Shown here: positions 33,110-36,563 of the stretch, one piece after another
Layout of the letters: each line of letters begins with the position of its first letter
Position numbering within the stretch: the stretch's first letter is position 1
Virus record (IMG/VR): IMGVR_UViG_3300032212_000083
Span: 1-36,563 of that record
Reading direction: 5' to 3' (one strand)
From: a virus
Taxonomy: Duplodnaviria > Caudoviricetes
Length of the DNA: 36,563 nucleotides
Made by a program: the position numbers and the translations under genes
The notes under the pieces: generated by a model
Database searches by the model: none
What the model was told of the DNA's origin: nothing
The model's input: only the letters and a program-made list of their open reading frames with translations

Positions 33110-33981
33110 TATTCAAACTCCACGATGTATTCAGCTATACACCTACAGTTAATAGGTTCGCTCGGCTCTATCATCTCACCGCTTCTAGGGTCTTTAAGTC
33201 CAACCCCTACCTCAAACTCTTTACCCTCTAGCGTCCAATGGTCTTGATGTGCATTAGGATAAATTCCAGATGGATTACCACGTACTCTCTCGTCTTGTGC
33301 ATTTCTCCATATAGCTTTTTTTACACCTACGTTCTCAGCTCTTTTTTTCGATAACTGGCTATTAAATGCTTTTAGCTCATTACGGGCGATTAAGTCAGCG
33401 TTCTTTAGTTTTAACTGTGTATCTTTTTTCACTTGCTGGAATAAATCTCTTAGGCTATTTCCTGCACTCATTTGTCTAAGTACGTTTTGCTTGTAAGCCG
33501 CAATAGTTTCCGCTTTTAACTTCTCTAGCACTCCTATACTCTCTAATGATTTAGCATTAATAAAGCTGTTTAACCCATCTGTTTTTAATACTGCATCTAG
33601 GTCTATTCCTAGATTGCTATTGATAGTGCTATTGAATTGCTTTTTATTCGTAAGGCTCGCTTCATTGTATAGCGACTTGACAAACTTAGTTATGCGTTCG
33701 TTTGAGAATTGCTTATTTATCTTCTTTGAAAATTTCTTAACAAGGCTGTTGAATATAACTGCAAAGTTTCCTATTTGTGCATCTTGGAATTTATCTACTG
33801 TAGATACATTCATCTTCTTTAACACTTGGTTCTCAAATCGTTTTCTAATCTCTCTAATCATGAACTGATTAAACTTTCTTAGCTCTGTTTCGAGGTTCTT
33901 AGGTGGTGGTATTCCCCTTAATACTACATCGTCTTTAGTTTTGTTTTTGGTACGTTCCTCTTTTGATAGGTCAATAGGCAT
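33109..33981 (-). CDS. Head morphogenesis protein (Mu gpF/SPP1 gp7-like)
   Basis: ADLIARNE...WRNAQDERVR...H...LEG...PSEPINCRC. Confidence 0.92.
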   Translation of the reverse strand: MPIDLSKEERTKNKTKDDVVLRGIPPPKNLETELRKFNQFMIREIRKRFENQVLKKMNVSTVDKFQDAQIGNFAVIFNSLVKKFSKKINKQFSNERITKFVKSLYNEASLTNKKQFNSTINSNLGIDLDAVLKTDGLNSFINAKSLESIGVLEKLKAETIAAYKQNVLRQMSAGNSLRDLFQQVKKDTQLKLKNADLIARNELKAFNSQLSKKRAENVGVKKAIWRNAQDERVRGNPSGIYPNAHQDHWTLEGKEFEVGVGLKDPRSGEMIEPSEPINCRCIAEYIVEFE

Positions 33982-34106
33982 TATTTTTTCACCTCTTTAT
34001 CTTTGCTTTTTGCTATTTCTCTTTTTTGAATACCTCTATGATAGTATGGAACTTTCCCATTATTCAATAAATGTTTTATATAACTTTTTGTTATTACTTG
34101 ACCCAT
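33981..34106 (-). CDS. Small basic hypothetical protein (41 aa)
   Basis: MGQVITKSYIKHLLNNGKVPYYHRG...; exactly fills the portal-gpF gap. Confidence 0.5.
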   Translation of the reverse strand: MGQVITKSYIKHLLNNGKVPYYHRGIQKREIAKSKDKEVKK

Positions 34107-35336
34107 TTAATCATTAACCTCATCTTCAAAAGCTTCATCGCTAAATATGTCAAAGTTGCTATTGGTCTTAATATCGTTTTCCTCTAAGTAGGCATCAACA
34201 TCTTTTCCTAGTGCCGCTAACTTAGCCGCATTATCTAAAACAGTTCCTTGAAGTGTAGCTTTCTCTTGTGGTGTCTGTTGCTCTGGTTGCTTGAATTCTG
34301 CCTCACCTTTATTGATTCTTTTCATTAGCTCATTGATATTATCTATTAAATAATTCTCTTGTAAGCTCTTAATCATCATAAAGAATGTGGTAAGTTCTGT
34401 TTCGTTTGTTGCGTTAAGACCTTTTGCCCCTTCGCCTATTAAAATAGCTAGTGGTATTCCTGTAACCATTGCTATACGTCTTAGTGTAATCTGGTCTGTT
34501 TCAGATAATCCAGTTAAAGCCATTGTTAGCTGTTCCGCTGTATCTTTTGAGTCCATAATGGTAGCACCATAAACACTAGCCGCATCTTCTAGCAATCTAA
34601 AGTATTCTAATAGGCTTGCTTCTTGCTTGTTCTGTAGTGCTTGCTTGAACCCATCTACTTTATAAATCTTATTAGCACTTTTTTCTAATACTGTAGGTGC
34701 TGAACGCTCAACTATCCCATCATTAACTAATTGCTCATTAATTAATTCAAACTCACTCATACCTGCATATTGATACTCTGGCTCATCATTCTCTCTTACT
34801 GGAACGTAAGTAAAGTCAATTACTCTAGTCCAATGTATAGACTCACCTCGTACGTGATATGTATTAGGCTTATAATAACGCTCTGACATTAAATCTCTGT
34901 CAATAGATGTAGCAGTTACCATTGACCCATCAAACACTTTATATATTACTCTGTTTAGATTAGGCTCATTAGATAATGGCTCGTCTAATCTTTTATCTTT
35001 TTCAATGATTACCAATATCCCACGACCAAAAGAAAGCGACCATAATGAAGCTTTTTTGACTAGCTTTGATAGGAATTTATTATAATACTTTTCATCACCC
35101 TTATTATCAAATAACAAGCCCTCTTTATAAGCAGTATTTATTTTAAGGTTTACAATCTTATTACCCATGCCGCTTTTATAAATATCGTTATTTTCTTCTT
35201 TTGATATTCGTGTGTTTAATATTCTATTGTTGTTAAATGAGTTTCTTTTATTTGCTAGGTTGTTAGTGAGGCTTACTAATCCATCTTGGAAGCTTTTTCT
35301 ATGTGTTCTTTTTTTTCTTTTATGTGGGTGTGACAT
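34107..35336 (-). CDS. Portal protein (DUF1073-like)
   Basis: IHWTRVIDF...AMVTGIPLAILIG...GLNAT; downstream of terL; extended -10 TGATATAAT at 35359-35367. Confidence 0.9.
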   Translation of the reverse strand: MSHPHKRKKRTHRKSFQDGLVSLTNNLANKRNSFNNNRILNTRISKEENNDIYKSGMGNKIVNLKINTAYKEGLLFDNKGDEKYYNKFLSKLVKKASLWSLSFGRGILVIIEKDKRLDEPLSNEPNLNRVIYKVFDGSMVTATSIDRDLMSERYYKPNTYHVRGESIHWTRVIDFTYVPVRENDEPEYQYAGMSEFELINEQLVNDGIVERSAPTVLEKSANKIYKVDGFKQALQNKQEASLLEYFRLLEDAASVYGATIMDSKDTAEQLTMALTGLSETDQITLRRIAMVTGIPLAILIGEGAKGLNATNETELTTFFMMIKSLQENYLIDNINELMKRINKGEAEFKQPEQQTPQEKATLQGTVLDNAAKLAALGKDVDAYLEENDIKTNSNFDIFSDEAFEDEVND

Positions 35337-35377
35337 ATAAGCCTCATTTTTTGTAGTTATTATATCATATTTAATTG

Positions 35378-36436
35378 CTACCCTATGATAGAAGCGTAAT
35401 CAATTATTTCATCATGGTATGCTAACTCTACTGCGTCCATCATTGTATCTACTGTATCATCATTTGTAGAATCAGGAAACTGTTGATACTCATTTATAAA
35501 GTCGCCTATACATTCTATATCGTCTACATAAAAAAGTCCATGTATCTCTAAGTATGGCTCTATTGATTGTGCCCTAAAATATTTATCTGTGTTTCGCTCT
35601 ACCTCTTTAACCATTTTCCCGTTATCTATCATTCTCTGATACAGGTCTACACCACTTGCTTTTTGCTCAATATAAAAACCACTAAAAGGATATTTGTTGT
35701 GTTTGTCGTGAAAAGTGTTAGCTATGGTTTCTCTCTCTACCGAGCGAGGTTTACCCCTAAACATATCTAATAAATAGAGTTTGTTCTCAAATACACCCCA
35801 AGAGCTATACACAGTATAATCGCTTGACTCCTTAGCTTTTAAAGCTGTATCTGCTGTAATAAATCTTTTAGAGAAAAGCATATCTTTAACTACGCTTCTA
35901 TTAATAGCCTTTAGCCATTCGGTTTTAAATATATTCCCACCTTTTACTGTAGGGTTCTGTTGGTATAACGCTTCAAAGTTTGCACCCATGATTAGCTTAC
36001 GCTTGTTTAAAAAGTCTATTGATTTATGCTTAGGGATTAATGCTTCACCCTCTTTTCTATGTTTCTCGTCAACTTCTGCAATAGCTTTATATTTAAGAAC
36101 CTTAACACTTTTATCTTCTGCTATTAATCGTGCCGCAGGGTCATCAACGTGCCAACGTGTAAGTATCATTAAAAAACCTGCATCTTCACTAAATCTAGTG
36201 AAAAAATCATCTGTGAACCATTCCCAAGTCTTATTTCTAGTTGTTTCGCTATTTGCTGACTCTCTACCTTTTATGGGGTCATCTATTACACCCAAGTCGA
36301 GAGATTCACCAGTAATTGAACCTTGTACTGTTGTATTCCTGAAATATCCATCTTGGTTAACATACTCTAGCATCTCTCTATTTCTTTGGTAGCTTATTGT
36401 TGTTGATACGTGTTTGCTATTGATTGTGGTATGAGG
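35378..36436 (-). CDS. terL: Terminase large subunit, C-terminal part
   Basis: Walker B LGVIDDPIK, LTRWHVDD, ALYQQNP, RNase H-like ITADTA...IEQKASG...DDTVD. Confidence 0.95.
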   Translation of the reverse strand, partial: PHTTINSKHVSTTISYQRNREMLEYVNQDGYFRNTTVQGSITGESLDLGVIDDPIKGRESANSETTRNKTWEWFTDDFFTRFSEDAGFLMILTRWHVDDPAARLIAEDKSVKVLKYKAIAEVDEKHRKEGEALIPKHKSIDFLNKRKLIMGANFEALYQQNPTVKGGNIFKTEWLKAINRSVVKDMLFSKRFITADTALKAKESSDYTVYSSWGVFENKLYLLDMFRGKPRSVERETIANTFHDKHNKYPFSGFYIEQKASGVDLYQRMIDNGKMVKEVERNTDKYFRAQSIEPYLEIHGLFYVDDIECIGDFINEYQQFPDSTNDDTVDTMMDAVELAYHDEIIDYASIIG

Positions 36437-36563
36437 AAATATATCGTGATATGTTTTTCTGCTGTAAATTCTCTGTAGCTTTAAATTTGCTCTTATCCCT
36501 AGTCTTTCACTAAAAGATGCAAATATTGTTTTAAAATTAGGGTGTTTACCTGCTACCCATGAT
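36437..36563. repeat. Terminal direct repeat, copy of 1-127
   Basis: Exact 127-nt match to the window start. Confidence 0.97.

Noticed and set aside
34107-35336. Anti-CBASS Acb1 (a label sometimes attached to DUF1073 proteins)
   Set aside because: Size and position between terL and gpF indicate the portal protein.
35378-36373. Truncated terminase lacking Walker A
   Set aside because: The missing N-terminus with APPQHGKS is at 1-360, in frame across the join.
36437-36563. 127-bp terminal repeat as a biological direct terminal repeat or att site
   Set aside because: The length equals a common assembler k-mer (127) and it falls in the middle of terL, so it is best explained as a circularisation overlap.
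1-36563. Stop-codon reassignment or tRNA genes
   Set aside because: Conserved genes are full length in the standard code using all three stops, and no tRNA cloverleaf was seen.

Overview
The window is a complete, circularly assembled genome of a small, AT-rich tailed phage. Bases 1-127 are identical to 36437-36563, giving a unit length of 36,436 bp, and the large terminase gene reads through the join. The virion module is myovirus-type: DUF1073 portal, F-like protein, DUF2213, DUF2184 capsid, DUF4054, DUF3383 sheath, short tape measure, baseplate J and DUF2612. A lysis region ends in a DUF5675-type endolysin. The lambdoid-style replication/recombination region has Gp157, a Sak/Rad52-like annealase, SSB, HNH, dUTPase and an O-like initiator with internal iterons. 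The SSB and promoter style suggest a Campylobacterota host (inference). Almost all genes are on the minus strand; one four-gene plus-strand operon (RHH protein, small protein, membrane-anchored HTH protein, double zinc-finger protein) sits between the early and lysis modules. I found no integrase, ParA, tRNA, CRISPR array or reverse transcriptase. Several unusual features lie below the ORF-track cutoff or in non-coding DNA: five translationally coupled single-TM micropeptides (3559-3997), a roughly 330-nt structured leader with pseudoknot potential upstream of the initiator, and a gene array joined by identical RBS-stop-start linker repeats. Also notable are a signal-peptide-bearing HNH nuclease and a lambda-type GGGAAAG frameshift. 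Family assignments come from motif recognition and synteny, not from database searches.
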